From Desulfobacterales bacterium (lineage in GTDB: Bacteria; Desulfobacterota; Desulfobacteria; Desulfobacterales; UBA5616), in the NCBI GenBank assembly GCA_046483495.1, contig JAWODC010000064.1, positions 32,001 through 96,000 of the forward strand: 64,000 nt of DNA, in the 5' to 3' direction. Position 1 is the first letter of the stretch. Each line of letters starts with the position of its first letter. Positions 62,301-64,000 of the stretch are shown here, piece by piece. Both the position numbers and the translations under genes were made by a program. A model generated the notes under the pieces. It had not been told where the DNA came from. It saw nothing but the letters and a program-made list of their open reading frames with translations, and ran no database searches.

Positions 62301-63796
62301 ACAATCACCGTGTCCGCAGAGAGTTTCATGAGATCGTGTTCATCATATTGCGGAGAAAACCGCCCGTTTTCATCAAAAACCCGTGTGCATTTTTTGAATT
62401 CCACCTCGGAGAGTTTTCCGTCTCTGCTGATGAACCGCTTGGGCCCGTAAGAATTGACGATGTCGACATTTTCTTCCACGGCCTCTTCGACTTCATAATC
62501 CCAGGCCGGCATTTCATTGCGGGCCTCCAGGCACACCATGTGAACCTGGTCGGCCCCAAGGCGCCTTGCGGTCAGGGAGACATCCACGGCCACATTTCCA
62601 CCGCCGATGACCACGACATTTTTGCCGATTTCCGCATGCTTCCCCAATGCAGCATCCCGGAGAAACGGAACACCGGGCAAGACGCCGTTCATGTCTTCCC
62701 CCTCGATGCCCAGCTTGCGGCTTTCGTGAAGCCCCGTGGCCAGGTAGACGGCCGAATATCCGTCCTGCTTTAAGCTGTCCAGGGTAATATCCGTTCCAAA
62801 TGACACCCCGGTTTTGATGGAAACCCCCATCGTTTCGATCATGCCGATTTCAGCTTTAAGAATATCCCTGGGCAGGCGGTATTCGGGAATCCCGACCGCC
62901 ATCATTCCTCCTGCAACGGACAATTTCTCGAAAACGGTCACCTTATAGCCTTCCAGTGAAAGGTAATAAGCCGCCGTCAGTCCCGACGGACCGGAACCAA
63001 CGATGGCGATGCTTTCCTGTTTGGCTTCTCCGATCTCCGGAATATAGGGGTTTTCGGATCTTACATCCTCATCGGCCAAAAATCGATGGAGGGCCTGAAT
63101 GGAGAGTGCCTGGTCCACATCATTTCGAGTACATTCCCCTTCGCACGGATGATGGCAGATTCTGCCGCATACGCCGGGAAAGGGATGCTCTTCTTTGAAC
63201 AGCGCCAGGCCTTCCCGGTATCTACCTTCATTGATCAATGCAACGAAGCCCTGGATACTGACGTGCGCCGGGCAGGTTGCCTTGCAGGGGGCCGTCCCGC
63301 GCTTGCTGATGGCATATGCACCCGGGATCGCCTGGGCATATTTTTTGTAAATCGCCTTTCGCTCCGAAAGGCCCTTATCATACTCGTTCGGGACGGAAAT
63401 GGGGCAGACTTCGGCACATTCACCGCAGCTGGTACACTTGGCCGGATCGATGAATCGCGGCTCCTGCCTGATTTTTGCTGTAAATCGCCCCGGAATCCCG
63501 GTTAGATCCATCAGTTCGGTATTTGTCAATAATTCGATGTTCAAGTGCCGGCCGACCTCGACCAGTTTGGGCGAGATCACTCACATGGCACAGTCGTTGG
63601 TGGGAAATGTTTTGTCCAGTTCGGACATCATTCCGCCGATGGCCGACGACTTTTCCACCAGATAAACGTAGTAGCCTGAATTTGCGAGATCCAGGGCCGA
63701 CTGCATACCGGCTATACCGCCGCCGACAACCATGACCGATCCGGTATGGCCGTTGTTTGCGCCATCCACTGAGCGGCTGTTTTTTTCTCTTTCCAT
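59339..63796 (-). CDS. hdrA: Large HdrA/HdrL-type flavoprotein (two HdrA units plus inserted GltD-like NAD(P)H module), selenocysteine at codon 72; 1485 aa
   Basis: ORFs 63581-63796 and 59339-63580 are in frame across one [50 protein letters not shown], two QC[IV]GSR...CxxxCC motifs and several ferredoxin motifs. Confidence 0.92.
63543..63583 (-). promoter_or_regulatory. UGA plus bacterial SECIS hairpin (hdrA)
   Basis: CUGGUCG-AGGU-CGGCCGG stem-loop with loop 22 nt after UGA; lower stem GAGUG/CACUU. Confidence 0.8.
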
Positions 63797-63862
63797 TTAA
63801 ACTACCTCATTTTTTCTTCATTGTTCTTACATGAAAGGGCCTAAACGGGAAAACCGTATGGA

Positions 63863-64000
63863 TTATACGTGATCAAGGATATCGTGAATTTTATTTTCCC
63901 AGCCGATGGTTGAAACAGCTGCCCCGCTGAATCCATTTTCTTTCAACAGCAAAATAGTATCAGCGGCAATTCGAATGCATTCACGCACCTTGTCCGGGGC
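63863..64000 (-). CDS. C-terminal fragment of a third, divergent MetF-like protein (begins outside the window)
   Basis: Hand translation APDKVRECIRIAADTILLLKENGFSGAAVSTIGWENKIHDILDHV* resembles the MetF ends in this window (GVAGFHIMAIEWEEKVPEIV). Confidence 0.6.
   Translation of the reverse strand, partial: APDKVRECIRIAADTILLLKENGFSGAAVSTIGWENKIHDILDHV

Noticed and set aside
63581..63796. Separate 71-aa ORF or hdrA pseudogene with a premature stop
   Set aside because: The UGA is in frame at a conserved Cys position and is followed by a SECIS-like hairpin; the adjacent mvhD shows the same pattern
1..64000. CRISPR array, tRNA/rRNA, transposase, integrase, prophage
   Set aside because: No regularly spaced direct repeats, RNA gene signatures or corresponding ORFs were recognised

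Overview
Gene-dense bacterial window. Gene content and order (hemA-ccsA-sirC, HdrA/MvhD, MetVF, CCG proteins, Cys-rich PAS kinases) suggest an anaerobic Desulfobacterota, probably Desulfobacterales (inference). Layout: 0-13.7 kb housekeeping (era fragment, engB, hisGI, PBP1A, rnc, dksA, heme synthesis); 13.8-17.6 kb a self-contained Fo-only ATP synthase operon; 17.6-22.5 kb clpB, trmL and others; 22.6-46.4 kb an accessory organic-acid/CoA catabolic region; 46.6-64 kb two convergent MetV-MetF-HdrA-MvhD modules around a two-component cluster. Main findings: (1) The Fo operon has Na+-type motifs and encodes a normal c subunit plus a 324-aa fusion of four c hairpins. Hairpins 2 and 3 lack the ion-binding Glu, and the neighbour-donated ligands are kept only where the adjacent site is intact, which points to a selected heteromeric c-ring with two consecutive empty sites. 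(2) HdrA(L) and MvhD each contain an in-frame UGA at a conserved Cys position followed by a SECIS-like hairpin, so both are selenoproteins that the ORF track splits or truncates. The paralogous module has no Sec, and a third MetF-like gene enters at the right edge. (3) A family of ~146-bp, mostly TA-flanked palindromic elements keeps its internal-loop motifs while the stem sequences differ. No rRNA, tRNA, CRISPR array or transposase was recognised. Family names are assigned from recognised motifs, not from database searches.
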